A DNA stretch of 64,000 bases, from contig NW_026250403.1 in the NCBI RefSeq assembly GCF_024521635.1, positions 2,666,001-2,730,000 of the forward strand, in the 5' to 3' direction. The stretch is from Tricharina praecox. Its lineage: Eukaryota. This document shows, piece by piece, positions 52,030-64,000 of this stretch; position 1 is the first letter of the stretch; each line of letters begins with the position of its first letter. The notes beneath the pieces are model-generated. The model was not told the origin of the DNA. It searched no databases and saw nothing but the letters and a program-made list of their open reading frames with translations. The translations under genes were made by a program, and so were the position numbers.

Positions 52030-53735
52030 ATGTTGGGCACATCACTGACTGCCTTGGTCTTCATCCGCACATGTATCTTCGCGCTGCGGTCCGTCGCCCC
52101 AATCGCGATCGCGTGCACCGCGGCGTCGGTACTGGCGCGTCGACACTTCTTCCCATGGCCGCTGGAGTTATACTTCGCCACCGAAACGGCGTTCTATGCC
52201 TGCTGGTACCTGCCGTGGAAGCGGAGACTCGAACGGGTACCTTTTTCTCCCCGCCGTCCCGGCCGCCCCGTCCCGTCAGATCACTCGGCTAACCGTCTCC
52301 GTCTCGTCCGTCCGTGTAGCCCGCTGTGCACCCGCCCGCACGCCCGCCCGCCGAGCGGAGGAAGCTGTTCACGAAGTGCCACAATACCGTCGACTCGCTG
52401 GAGGCGTACCTGTCTGGGTGGTTCCACGGGGCGGACCCGGCGACGATCCACAGAGAGAACTTGGCGCAGTTCCTGACGTGGGCGTTTCTGGACCGTGATA
52501 CGCTACCTGTCGAGGGCTCGGAGGAGGCCAGGGAGCTGAAGGATTATGTCGGGGAGTTCGAGACCAGCTTGGGACGGAAGCTGCCGGAAGGGTTCAATGA
52601 GGGCGTCAGGAGCTTGAGGCTTACGCTGGATCCCGTCAAGATGACACATCGGAGTCTGCTGTGGTACTTTGTGGGTTTCCTCTTTGCCTATAGGTGGGGA
52701 AAGTGCTGATCGTGATAGATGGTCCACGTCGTAGACGTCCTTACGTCCACGCGCCTGGCGTTCCGCGGCATGAGGTTGTACGCCACACCCGGTTGGTTCA
52801 ATGTGTTTCCTGGTCGCTGGCACGCATGGCTTGTCTCGGCGGGCGTCAGCTCCCCATCAAAGGACTTTTCGTACTGGTACCGTCCGCATACAGCTACCGA
52901 TAAGCTGCCCGTGGTGTTTCTGCACGGACTCGGGATAGGGCTGTATCCATACGTTCCGTTTCTGTCCGAGATCGCGGATGAGGTTGGAGAGGAAGTTGGG
53001 ATCATTGCGGTAGAGATTATGGTACATACATCCTACCACAGTACTATTCTATATATCCGCTGCGAGATCTAATAGCTAACATTCGGGGGTTTGCAGCCGA
53101 TATCTATGCGCATCTGCGGCGACCCACTCGAGCCGTCCGAATTCTCGTCCCAGATCCTCTCGATCCTCAACCACCACGGCATCACCGATTTCGTTCTCGT
53201 CGGCCACAGCTACGGCACCATCCTCTCCACGCACCTTTTGCACTCGCCCACCATCGGCCCCCGGATATCCTCCGTCCTCTTGATCGACCCGATCGCCTTC
53301 CTCCTGCACCACCCAAGCGTCGCCTACAACTTTACCAGTCGCCCGCCCCGCTCCGCCAACGAGCGCCAGCTGAACTATTTCGCGTCGCTAGACCCCGGCA
53401 TCGCTCACACCATCTGTCGCCACTTCTTTTGGGGGCAGAATATTCTCTGGCGCGAAGAGCTTGCGGGGAGGAAGTGTGCTGTTGCCATGGGAGGTAGGGA
53501 TCTGTTGGTTGATAGCAGGAGCATTTGGGAATACCTGACGGGACACAAGGGGCAGGAGGTGGTGGAGGAGACGACGGTAGATGTAAAAGAGGATGGCAAG
53601 GCGGATGGTGGCAACGGACAGCTGAAGGTGATGTGGTATAAGGATTGTGATCACGCACAGGTGTTTGACACTGCGCTGAGGAGAAGGAGACTGGTGGAGA
53701 CTGTGGCGAGGTTTTCGAAGGATGTGAGAGCTTGA
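52030..53735 (+). CDS. alpha/beta-hydrolase fold protein with N-terminal membrane segments
   Basis: PVVFLHGLGIGLYPY, nucleophile GHSYG, LLIDPIAF, GGRDLLV and DHA. Three GT-AG introns join the ORFs. Confidence 0.88.
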
Positions 53736-54799
53736 GCTTCAGCTTAGATTTTTGACAGGTGTTTCATGCGATAACGAAGCGATTTCATTGAAGAATAATG
53801 TTTGTAGGTCGCTCAACAGGTCTCATAGACTCATACACGCGTGTGATGCACTCAGCCGGTGCATATGTGGTATCCCGTGGCTGGGAGGAACCTGTGATTC
53901 ACCGCTTCGAAAGGTTGGTTGCGCGTGCTCTTGTCAGACTGCGAGTTCCTTCCTTCCTTCTATCCTTCCACCCTTCCACCCATCCTTCCTTCCTTCCTTC
54001 CTTCCTTCGTGCTCCCAATTTGCCTTTTTTGTGGCTGAGTTGTGGTAGCATGATCCTGTTGATCTTCATTACCTCCAGCATTCATCTCATCTCGGCGGCA
54101 CCTGCAAGTGCACATCGGTAATCGCGCAGGCTCCAGACAACCCGGCTAGAATGTAATTATGCAGAATATCTAGTACTTACATATCATGAATTTTGGCGAG
54201 CGGGTGTAGGTAGGTACATAGGGCTGACCGTTCTTTGTTCCGTTCCGGGATGGATGATCTGATGCGCTGCGCTGCCGAATTATTTGCACTGCCGCGTTCG
54301 ATGAACCGTCTGTGTGGAGATGTGCGGGGAGTCGGGGACGCGGGGGAATGAGATTGGCTGCTGCAGCTTGCATGCGAGACTAGGGATGTAGAGTAGGCAT
54401 CTCATGGGTCTTCTGAGGTGTCTAACGTGGCGCCTGCAGGAACGAAGCTTCATCTCTCTTTCTCTCGTTTTTCTGGCTCGGAGTATGGCGTGTAAAAGCA
54501 TGTGATGGAGGGAGCGAAAGACGGATGTGTTTTCAAACACGAACGCCTCTGCCATGGGAAATCCCGATCCCGGTGGCGTCATAGAAAGATGCCATTAGCT
54601 TCGTCTTCATCATCATCGGCACATCTAGCCTGGTGATCCAATCTATTAACCTTAGATGTACGATTTGATTTCCGGGAAGGTGGTCCTTCTCGTCCCTTGA
54701 TTATAACCCCACCCCCCACTCTAGCCTTCAGACAGACCATTTAACAAGAGCAATCCGCTTCGAACACATCTCCTCTCCATCTCTCAACACACAGCAAAC

Positions 54800-55761
54800 A
54801 TGCGCTTCAGAAGCTTACTACATTCGCCGGCCACCCTCCTGCTCGCGCTGGTGCTGTCAGCCCAGCTCGTACTCGCCTCCGCGGCCAGCAACGCTAGAAC
54901 CGATGTCGCGGTGCCAACAGTGGCGGAAGACGACCTCGACGAGTTTCCATTTCCCGGACCACCGATCGCAGACGACGAAGACGAAATCGACTCAGATCCG
55001 TGGTGGAGGTCTGTGACGGGCGACGAAAAGCACACGCTCGAGAAGCGCCGGGGCGGCGGAGGGCGCGGCGGCGGTGGCGGCGGCGGCAGAAGCGGCGGAG
55101 GAAGGACCGGTGGAGGAGGCAGCAGTGGATCCGGCGGTCGCACCAGCTCGTACGTTCCCCCACGCGCGTGCTCACCCCAGGACAGCCCCGACTGACATCG
55201 CCTCCCCACAGCACATCCAATACCGGCGGGCGCACAACCTCCGGTTCGGGCACGCCCAAGACCTTCGGCGGCGCATACGGCGGCGGCGCGGCGGTCCCGT
55301 ATCGAGCAGGCGGGCGTTCGGGCAGTGGCATAGCGCCGGCGTTCCTCGGCGGCGCAGCCCTGGGCCTGCTCCCCGGGCTTTGGCTCTTCGGCGCATACTC
55401 GTACCCGTACTCCCGCCACGTGCCGTTCCACAACAACACCTCGGGGCAGAACGAGACGCTGCCCGTGCTCTGTCTGTGTGAGCAGTACAGCGTGTGCGGG
55501 TGCGACGAGAATCATAACGCAACGTATACGCAGGCGCTCTACGATAATGCTACCGTGCTCCCCGCCGGCCTCGATAAGCAGTTTGTCAGCGCCGTGGCGG
55601 ACGTTAACGGTACCAAGACGCTGGTGGTGAATGGAACCCTGGCGAATGGAACCACGGCGGATGGCGGGACGGATGATGACAGTGGCGCGGTGGTGCAGGG
55701 AAGAAATTTGGGGACGGTGGTGGTCGTGGGATTGATCGTTGCTGCCATGGCCTACTTGTGA
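54800..55761 (+). CDS. secreted/GPI-anchored glycine-rich protein with Cys-containing core
   Basis: Signal peptide, acidic pro-region, Kex2-like LEKR, RGG/Gly tract, intron ~55150-55212, LCLCEQYSVCGCD and a hydrophobic C-terminal tail. Confidence 0.82.
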
Positions 55762-57935
55762 GAAGCTATCTACATGCTTCTTACTCCAGGTAGAATAGAA
55801 CGTGGTGTTTTTCCTTTCCCGTTCACGATTACTTTCTTGTATCTTACTTTTAATCACCGCAGCTGCCGCACACGGGGGTTTTTTTTCTTTCTTTTCTTTT
55901 ATACGGGCTGGGCAACCCAGTTCTGGGGTCTGGAGGGTTAGTGGTTTCACTTTGCCTTACGTAATGTATCACGGACACGACTTCGATTGTTGTTTTTAAT
56001 GTTGGGGGGGATACGAAGTAACTTGAGTTGTTCGATTTATTTTTTAGAGTTGAAAGCACGATATCCACGAGCAAATGGCAAGATCGGCAGGATATGTGCT
56101 TACCCCACCCACTCTGCAGTGGCCACACGCATCCTGCACACGCGAGCGCGCTTCAGCCTTCCATGACACCCTTCCATGCAGCGCACTGGATGACGCAACA
56201 TCAACGGCGCTGCGCTGAGCGAGACCGGCTTTGACATTTAGTTAGAGTCAGAATTGGATCCGCGCGTCGATGACCCAGAAGTGACGACGTTCCAAGGGGA
56301 GGTGGGAGGTGGGAGGTGGGAGGTGGGAGGGGATTCTGGAAGAGAGTTCGATGGAGCTCCCGATCATAGTTACAGTCATGTCGTGTTGGAAAGAAGGCAA
56401 TCTCACCTATGCATACATACCTACGTATTCTGGACACCATGGAAGCTTCCGCTGTCACCACTATGTAGACAAGTAACCAAGTACCAAACGATTTAGAGTT
56501 ATCAGCAGGGCATTTCACATCCTATCCTTTGCGAGGGATATGCACAGTTAAACGTCGTCGTCATCGGGCCTCGTTCGGGCTTGAGTTCGAGGCCGACTAG
56601 GTATATTACCGTCCCTTCTGCCCATCAGTTCCTCTTTGGGCGCGCTCCTCGATATCGACCAGCCCGCCTATACCCAACGACAGTGTGGGACCCGGCGGAA
56701 GCGACGCCTGGGCGCGTCTGTTCCAACCCGGCGCTGCGGACCCGGGAGAGACCGATGGCCAAGAAGTTGTGCATAGACTGGGACTCGTTGAGACCAGCTC
56801 GGACGAGGGTGTGGCCGAGGGCGGAGAGGGTTGTTGTCATTCGATTTGAGAGCGCGTTGAGAGCGGGTTCTGTCTGAGCTGGGAGCGGGCATGGAAGATG
56901 CACGAGCGGGGAAATTTTGCCGGCCTGGCTAGACCAGATACGCTGGGCCAAACGTTCGAGGGGCTCTTGATCATTTTGTTGACCGGTTGATTGTTTTCTC
57001 ATTGTCCGTCATTCATCTTTATATCCTCATTTCGCTATTCAACTTGCGGGGCACTTGAGGTTCATCACCTGAAGATCAAAGGTGGCTCTTTTCTTTCATT
57101 GTCGTTTTCTCTCTAGTCAAATACAATCGGTCCTCTGTCAGTTATCAAAGTTGCCTGAGTGTCATCTCGTCCCCGGTGCTTCAATAGTAGTCTACTTTTT
57201 CTTCCACCGCGCTCGCCGTTGGTCTGATCTCTCCAGCAGTTACAGCCTTTTCCGCTTTCCCAAAACCGTCGTGCCGGAAACGATAAAAGAGAGGGACGAC
57301 ATCTTGCGCTTTCTGGTCTCATCTTCACCCTCACGAAGCCGCGTATGTATGATCCGCCTTCCCTCTGATAACGTTTTGCTGAGACTGGCCATAGAAACAG
57401 AGTATAACAGTGGCCATTGACTACTACGTTGACTTCGTCGTGACGAAAGTATCAATTGATCGATAGGACACCTCGACACCTCGAGGCCTCGATTTCAAGC
57501 GGATGTCTCGGTTCCACTGCGCCGAGTGACCGCCATCACACAATCATCTACGTACTCCAGCCTGGCCATCTCATGCAGGATTGACTTCATCGCCCCCCTC
57601 GGGTGCCTGCTGGAACGGAGCGATACATTTGGAACGGGTCCAATTGCATAGAGTGGGCCAGCAGATCTGCAGCCGGGACTGGACGTTCGGCCACACGTGA
57701 AATCGACGTTAAATTGAGTGGTACGCAACACCAAACCTCCACCGAAAAAACTATCGTGAGAACTGGACAGTGGTCTGGTGCGAAAGCATGAGCAGTGGGC
57801 ACCACGAAGGCTCACTTTATTCTCTGGAGGGAGCCAGTCTCCAGAACGGACGGACCAGAATGGACGGACGGACGAACATATAATGGACCTTGGGTGCAGC
57901 TTTTTTCCGCCGTTGCAGGAGTGCGGATTGTAGCC

Positions 57936-58919
57936 ATGTCCCAAATTACCGTCCCCAGATACCCTTTTTCCGCCACTGATGGTGTGCCAAGGGCACCTAT
58001 GCCGCGCACCATCCCCATCTGCCCTTATCCCTGGCAGTACGAGCCTTCTGTTTTGGCGGGCCCCGAGGAGGAGGATGTGATTGAGGAAGACTGCAAGTTC
58101 CATCCAGAGTCGAGCTTCGAGAGGAACGTGGGCTGAGGATAGCTATGATGCATAGGGTCCCGCGAGGCTCCGCACACCGTCCCCATCCACCCTTCACCCT
58201 GGCAGTACGAGCCTTCTGTTTTGGCGGGCTCAGAGGAGGAGGATGTGATTGAAGAAAACCGCAAGTTCTATCCAGAGCCGAGCTTCGAGAGGAACGTAGG
58301 CTGAGGATAGCTATGATGCACAGGGTCCGGCAAGGCACCCCCTCCCGAGGGGGGGTACGCTGCCTGGACATACGCGGACAGCACCTCTAGCTATCCAAGC
58401 ACGCCTCCTCCGGAGCCCATGCTATTTGTGCAGGCCCCCCTTTCGGCCCGGGAGGAATATGTGTCCCTCCGGCTGCAGTACGTCAGCCTGATCATTCGGT
58501 CTCCCGTCCGGCCGTTCAAGAAGAAGTGGCTCCACGGGCGGGATATCGAGCGCCGCATGGACCTCGTGAAGAAGGTGGAGCGGATGGTGCAGCAGATGGG
58601 CTTTGAGAAGTGGTGGCCCATAGACTATCCCAAGTATGGGCCGTACTATAAGGTGCTCGACTGGGCGGACGATTCGAAGATGGTGTGGAAACTGGAGCTC
58701 AAACAGTGCCTTGGGTTGGCGGTCTGGCCGGGTGCGGTGCATATGGTTGCCGAGTGCATGGTCGACGCGGGCATTACACCGGCACACTTCGATCTCATGT
58801 ATCTGACGTGGGAGTTGGAGGAGCAGCGGTGGCGGAGAATGGTGGGCAAGGTGAGGAAGATGGCTAGGGACATCAAGAAGGGGATCGTGCCGAAGAAGGC
58901 GGCGGTGATGTATTTTTGA
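57936..58919 (+). CDS. hypothetical protein with duplicated N-terminal acidic repeat (probable GC-AG introns 58093-58155 and 58261-58323)
   Basis: The ATG at 57936 and ORF 58419-58919 share a frame. The only stops lie inside two 63-nt GCAAGT...YAG segments whose removal keeps the frame. Confidence 0.65.
58002..58337. repeat. 168-bp tandem duplication (2 copies)
   Basis: CTGGCAGTACGAGCCTTCTGTTTTGGCGGGC at 58031 and 58199. Similarity continues through GCTGAGGATAGCTATGATGCAYAGGGTCC. Confidence 0.92.
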
Positions 58920-59214
58920 CAGTTCTACTTGCTATCCCCTATATGTACATATCTCTAGCAAGGCAGCATACGCAGATCCAGTCCCAGAGGGTACAGAAAA
59001 TACCAGGCCAAAAGTGATCGTGCTCGGAAGAACTCTACGTAGCCATTTGCGCAAATGGCTGATATTCCTCGAGTATACGGGTTTTTTAATAGTGATGGGT
59101 TTGAGTGGTGGTGGGTTGAAAGTTGAAACGTCGAAAGATTATGACATTTTAGACTTTTTCCTGAAACTATGGCTTTTTAGACGTTTCCCGAAAGCCTTAT
59201 TATTCTCAGACATC

Positions 59215-59254
59215 TACATATGATCTGATATTTTTACATATGATCTGATATTTT
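59215..59254. repeat. perfect 20-bp tandem duplication
   Basis: TACATATGATCTGATATTTT x2. Confidence 0.9.
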
Positions 59255-59386
59255 CTTCCGCTGAGTGAAGCATTAGTTTTCGATTGCGTGGAAATGGTCA
59301 TTTTTGGTGTAGAACGGGCCTACGGACACATACTTTTGACCTACATCATCTTTGTACTTGATATCGTGAATAGTAAATACTCCCGT

Positions 59387-60541
59387 TCAATCCTCCACTT
59401 CTTCCTCGACTTTGACTCCATCGGCCTTGACATCCTCACCGTCCAGCTCCTCGACCTCAAGGCACGCCTGCCACTCTACCAGATTCTGCGTAAACCTCTC
59501 CTCCCTCTCCCTAACCGCCTTCTCCACTACCTCCTCCGGTAACCCCCTCGGCGCCGTCTCCCCCCTCTCCTCCCGTCTAATCCTCACCCAATCCCCAAGC
59601 TCCTTCATAATCTCCAATTTCCTTGCCGTCGAATACCCCGCCACCAGCCCACTAGTACTAATCGCCACGAAAACCCTCGCGCCTTCCCAGCCCTCACCCT
59701 CGTCCTCCCCCAGCCTCCACCCATCCTGCCACCCGAACACAAACTCCTTCCCAAGCCTCGTACCAGTCTTAGCCTTATAGATCCTCTCCCAGATCCCCTT
59801 CCCAATAACCGCGACACTCTCCGGTTTCCACCTTCTAATCTTCTCCTCCAGCACGGGCACGGATGCTTCCATCTCCTTCCAGCTCAGCTCGGCCTGGTCC
59901 TTCGTCGGCCTTGACACCAGGTTAGTATTCCCGAGGCTGTAGAGCTCCGGCAGCCGCAGGTCCTCGGACGGATGCAGCCTGCGGTCGGGAGTGAGCCCCG
60001 CCTCGTGCAGGAACCGCCAGAAATGGTTGCTGGGTGCGGAATATGCGTGGCCGGTCTCGGCGGTGCGGATCCCGGGGTTCGTCCCGATGAAGAGCGTGAT
60101 CATCCCCGGCGCCGTGGCGTCGGGAATCCCGCTGAGGTGGCGGTACTTGCTCGGTGGGGCGTAGCCCGCGTGCTTGGGCCGCTTCTTCTTCGTCTTCTTC
60201 TTCTCATCGTCCCCCGCCGGAGCAACGGGGGACGGCGTGGCTTCTTCGGGATCGGGCTCGGGCTTGGGCTTCAGAGTGCTCGACCGCAGGCGCTTTCGGG
60301 GCGACGGTTGCGGCGGAGTAGTACTAGTAGTGGCGAGAGCCGAGGCTGCTCTCCGGATCGGCGACGCAACTGCGCTGGAAATGGCCCGCTTCGCTGGCGA
60401 CGAGGTCGCAGACCGTGGGCCGAATGCGTACTTATCCAGTGAGCCGCCGAAGGTGCCCACAGGCTTCTCGTCCGAATCGCCATCGGGCTCTTCGTTCTTG
60501 ATGGAGGGAGTGGGCGTTTTGGTGGTGGGTGTGCGCGGCAT
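59387..60541 (-). CDS. G/U mismatch-specific uracil/thymine DNA glycosylase (TDG/MUG family, Thp1-like)
   Basis: LFIGTNPG, GHAYSAPSNHFW, LGNTNLVSRPT, AVIGKGIWE and STSGL, with a disordered basic N-terminus. Confidence 0.9.
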   Translation of the reverse strand: MPRTPTTKTPTPSIKNEEPDGDSDEKPVGTFGGSLDKYAFGPRSATSSPAKRAISSAVASPIRRAASALATTSTTPPQPSPRKRLRSSTLKPKPEPDPEEATPSPVAPAGDDEKKKTKKKRPKHAGYAPPSKYRHLSGIPDATAPGMITLFIGTNPGIRTAETGHAYSAPSNHFWRFLHEAGLTPDRRLHPSEDLRLPELYSLGNTNLVSRPTKDQAELSWKEMEASVPVLEEKIRRWKPESVAVIGKGIWERIYKAKTGTRLGKEFVFGWQDGWRLGEDEGEGWEGARVFVAISTSGLVAGYSTARKLEIMKELGDWVRIRREERGETAPRGLPEEVVEKAVREREERFTQNLVEWQACLEVEELDGEDVKADGVKVEEEVED

Positions 60542-60564
60542 CTAGGTTGGTTAGGGTGGGCTAT

Positions 60565-60616
60565 GGTCGAGGTGAGGTCGAGGTGAGGTCGTGGTGAGGT
60601 CGAGGTGAGGTCGAGG
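60565..60616. repeat. 11-bp minisatellite (GGTCGAGGTGA) x ~4.7 just upstream of the glycosylase start
   Basis: Direct reading. Confidence 0.88.
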
Positions 60617-61325
60617 CAGCTGGGGAGTGTGAGCTAGGTAATTGAGGCTGGTTGGTGTTGAGACAGCTGGGAGTACTCGAATAGAGTGGGAGCTGGAGGG
60701 GTTGACAGGTACGGTAGGTAGCCTGCTGCCTGCCGCCTGCCAGGTAGTCGAGCTCTGAGTGGTTATGTAATTTTGGGACGGTATATTGCTTTTTCTTTTC
60801 TTTCGAGGGTGCTCTCTTTTTCCAAGCGGCGGAGAGCTTCACTGCAGGAACCGTGGCTGCAGTCGTGATAGCCTATATGTAACGATAGACTTGGAACCTT
60901 TGCTCAGCTCTCTTGGAATCCAATTGAATGAGACTGATGAGTTTATATAGAGGTAATCCTAATGATCACTCGTGCCAAGCCTCCGTTTAGTAAACCCAAC
61001 ATCTTTAGCGTCTCTGAGCTTGATTCCCTGGCAGCCCTGATGCTCTTCGTTTCCAAGAGAAGGAACAACCCCGGATTCGCGCATTCGGCGTGATGTTACA
61101 CGGGTGCGTCACGGCTCACGTGTGGGGGAGAAGCAGGGTGTAAATTTTGACGGGCACGACGACGACGACCTCAAGTACCAGTACAGCAAGAATACAGAAA
61201 GAAAAAACAGAGCACGGAAAACACGCATGATATCTAGAGTAATCGCTCGAACGAAACAAACGGCGGAACCTCAAAATGGACACTCCACACCTCCATGCAA
61301 AGAAGCCCCGTCCCCGACTCCCCGT

Positions 61326-61607
61326 TCAAGCATCCTTCGGCACCACCATCTTGGCTTCCTTCACCAGCTGCTCAACACTAGCCGACATGGCGGTTTCTCC
61401 GTCGAGCGGACACGGTGGGTACAGAGCTTCTTCTCTCGTAGGCGGGTAGGGGGGGAGCGTGCTCAGACTTGGCCCGTCGAGGGCGGGACGGGAAGTGTGT
61501 TTTGAGTTATTCGTAGAGGACGCAGTGGGGGCGGCGGCAGTGGGAGCGGGGGACGCCGAGAAGAAGCTGGCGAGGTAGCTGTAGATGCTGGATATGAAAA
61601 AGACCAT
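61326..61607 (-). CDS. small hypothetical protein (93 aa)
   Basis: ATG preceded by an A-rich context (AAAAAATGG), GC-rich coding-like composition, and flanked by UTR-like low-complexity sequence. Confidence 0.55.
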   Translation of the reverse strand: MVFFISSIYSYLASFFSASPAPTAAAPTASSTNNSKHTSRPALDGPSLSTLPPYPPTREEALYPPCPLDGETAMSASVEQLVKEAKMVVPKDA

Positions 61608-62041
61608 TTTTTGTTTTTTTTCTTCGTGTTACTGCGACTCTGCGAGGTGGTGGGAGAAGGGGGGAGGGAGGATGAAGATTGTTGTGATTTTTGTTGCTGT
61701 TTCCAGGGGGAATGTAAGATGTATCATTCTTGTTTTGGGCTGGGATCACGAGTACGAGCACAAGCACAAGCACCAGTGAGAAGCCGCTTTAAACGCCGCG
61801 TCTACACCGCACGTTCCAAGTCATGTGCTTGCATTCTATCGTTTAATAAATCCACATTTATCTTGAACATACCATGATACCTCTCCAACAAAAATCCAGA
61901 AGAAGTGATCATACCCAATATTCAGCCCGTAGGTCACAGGCTTACATCCCACCATCTAACTGATCAATTGCATTTGTCTCGAACATATCCAACCCAAAAT
62001 CCAGACGAATTGATCATACCCAACATTCAACCCACAGGACC

Positions 62042-62884
62042 CTACTTCCTCCCCGAGCCCTCATGTGCAACCGGATACGGCGGTGCAGGGCACAGATCCT
62101 CACGCGTGTACGGTGGAAGTGATCTTATACTCCTCCTGCCATCGCCATCCTCCTGCTCCGCCGTCCTCCGCGCCGTCCCCTCCGGCCTCGCCACAGTCCG
62201 GTCGCCTTCATCCTCCGCAACATGAATAATCGTCTCCCCAGTGATCACATCGGTCCTCAGCGGCCCCAAATCCACACCTGGGGGCAATTTCTCCTCTTCA
62301 CCACGCTTCGACCACCGCCGTCGATACCGCCTTAGATTATCGCGGTTGAATGTAAGCAGCAACACTAGCCACATGACGACCGCCGCCACGACAACAAAAA
62401 CGATGTAGGGCGTTTTGTCCCTGGGCGCGGGGCTGGCGAGGAGCGAGGGGGTGGGTGTGGAGGTGGCTTGCCGTGAGGGAATGTATCCTGCTGTCGGCCG
62501 GAATGATGGCAAGGAGCTGCGTGGCCGTGTTGGTTGGTGGAATGGCAGGAAGCTGCCTGGCTCGGCTGGCCAGTGAGGCACGTAGTCGCTTAGCTGTCGG
62601 AATCGCAAGAAGTCGCTTGGATGCGCGGTCTGGGTGGGGCGGGAGTAGGAGGTGTTGAGGCTGGATTTTGCCTGCATGGGCGAGCGGAGGGTTGTGTTTT
62701 CTGGCTGCCAGTCGAAGTCGGGATAATCTGACGGTTGCGTAATGATGTTCTCCATGCTGTCGACAAATCGAAGGAAGCCTTTGTGGATAGTATTTGATGG
62801 CCCGAATGGGGATTTGAAGAATGAAGGCTGTGTTGGTAGGTGGAAGGGCAGATCCTTAAAGGGCATTGAAGCTCTTATAGTCAT
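62042..62884 (-). CDS. hypothetical single-pass membrane protein with cytosolic LPPY motif
   Basis: 280-aa ORF with TM YIVFVVVAAVVMWLVLLLTF followed by RRYRRRWSKR, and C-terminal SLPPY. Confidence 0.75.
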   Translation of the reverse strand: MTIRASMPFKDLPFHLPTQPSFFKSPFGPSNTIHKGFLRFVDSMENIITQPSDYPDFDWQPENTTLRSPMQAKSSLNTSYSRPTQTAHPSDFLRFRQLSDYVPHWPAEPGSFLPFHQPTRPRSSLPSFRPTAGYIPSRQATSTPTPSLLASPAPRDKTPYIVFVVVAAVVMWLVLLLTFNRDNLRRYRRRWSKRGEEEKLPPGVDLGPLRTDVITGETIIHVAEDEGDRTVARPEGTARRTAEQEDGDGRRSIRSLPPYTREDLCPAPPYPVAHEGSGRK

Positions 62885-64000
62885 ACGAATTTGGGTTCGA
62901 GTTTAACTTCGGAAAGCCTTTGCTGCGGATAAAGTTTGAGTTCAAGACCGAAGCGGGGTATAGATGGCCGAAGGAACTGGGTCTGGTAACGGAACACATG
63001 ACAAAACTCCGCACGTGCTGCTGGTGGAATATCGTGAGTTTATATCCTAGATGAGGTCATTTCTCATGGCTGTTGGCTGCTGTCGTGGGAATCCGCAGAG
63101 GAGAACAAAGTTTCCGGGCCACTCCCGGAAGACTCACGCTATTGCGGCCGGCATCCAAGGGGAAACACCGCGGGTTTCGAACGGATTATTAGCCGGCCAA
63201 TCTTGGTAACTGGTGGCTTAACATGATAGCGGGTACTATCAAGTTCGAGCCTCAGGGCCTACATCCAGACTCGTAACGGCAGCTATATAGCGGCTGTCTT
63301 GCGAACCCACAAGGTGCATACATATAAGCAGAAGTTACCACCGGTTCGCAAAAGTCAGCTGGGAAGTTGTAGCGGCAGATTACTGCCCGTCGTCCGAAGC
63401 GATACTTAGGCAGGCGTTGAGAGGAGTGTACTGAGTTTGGATCCTGAACTCTGAGGGATGGCGATGGCAGTCAAGAGGCTGCCACTGGATCTCACACGCA
63501 GAGCAGGATTAGGTATGCGCTTGACTGCCAGCTCGAGGGCATCTGACTACTTGCCGTTGAATCCATAGGCAGGCAGCAAAGACAGTATTGAGCTCGAAGT
63601 ATGATCGAAGTTACAGTTCACCTAAGGACTCACAAGCATGAATACTCAGCCATCAGTGACCGGATGGTTTATATATGAGTCAATGAATCTCGAGTTCCAA
63701 ACGGCCGATGATGGTGCAGCTACCCATAACCGGTTCCAATGACTCTGAAGCACATGAACTGCGATAACAATCGCGGCGCATATGTAGTGAACACAATGGT
63801 TTTGGCAGCAAATATAGTAGGGTTGGGTTTTCTTACTGGGTAGTAGAGCACAATCTAGCCCTGAGCCCTAATCTTCGGTCAGTACACGCGTCGTGAAGAA
63901 AAAGAAAAAGCCGTCTCCATTACTGCAGATAACATTAAAATAAAATAAAAACCTGCGATTGGCTTACTAAACTTTCTGCTCGCGGTACAAGGGTTCTCAT

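Noticed and set aside
58002-58337. Repeats considered as CRISPR-like or LTR
   Set aside because: There are only two directly adjacent copies, with no spacers, no TG...CA ends and no target duplication.

Overview
This is gene-dense, intron-containing genomic DNA of a filamentous ascomycete fungus (short GT-AG introns with CTRAY branch points, fungal-type protein families). About 22 protein-coding genes can be supported. Housekeeping genes are SDH1, RPT1, NDUFB8, SWR1, FRG1, an EMP70/TM9SF protein, a TDG/MUG glycosylase and an AKR/Kv-beta protein. Secreted enzymes are dipeptidyl peptidase V, a type-B carboxylesterase and an AA11 LPMO. There is also an MFS monocarboxylate transporter and several hypothetical genes. 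The most unusual part is about 28.7-35.4 kb. It holds a spliced HerA/FtsK-like P-loop ATPase next to a three-layer stack of TA-flanked inverted-repeat elements: outer 45-bp arms, a decayed DD35D Fot1/pogo transposon with 30-bp TIRs, and a 100-bp MITE, all sharing TA junctions. A second notable locus (57936-58919) reads as one gene only if two 63-nt GC-AG introns, copied by a 168-bp tandem duplication, are spliced out. No tRNA, rRNA or CRISPR array was recognised. Family assignments come from motif recognition by eye, not database searches.
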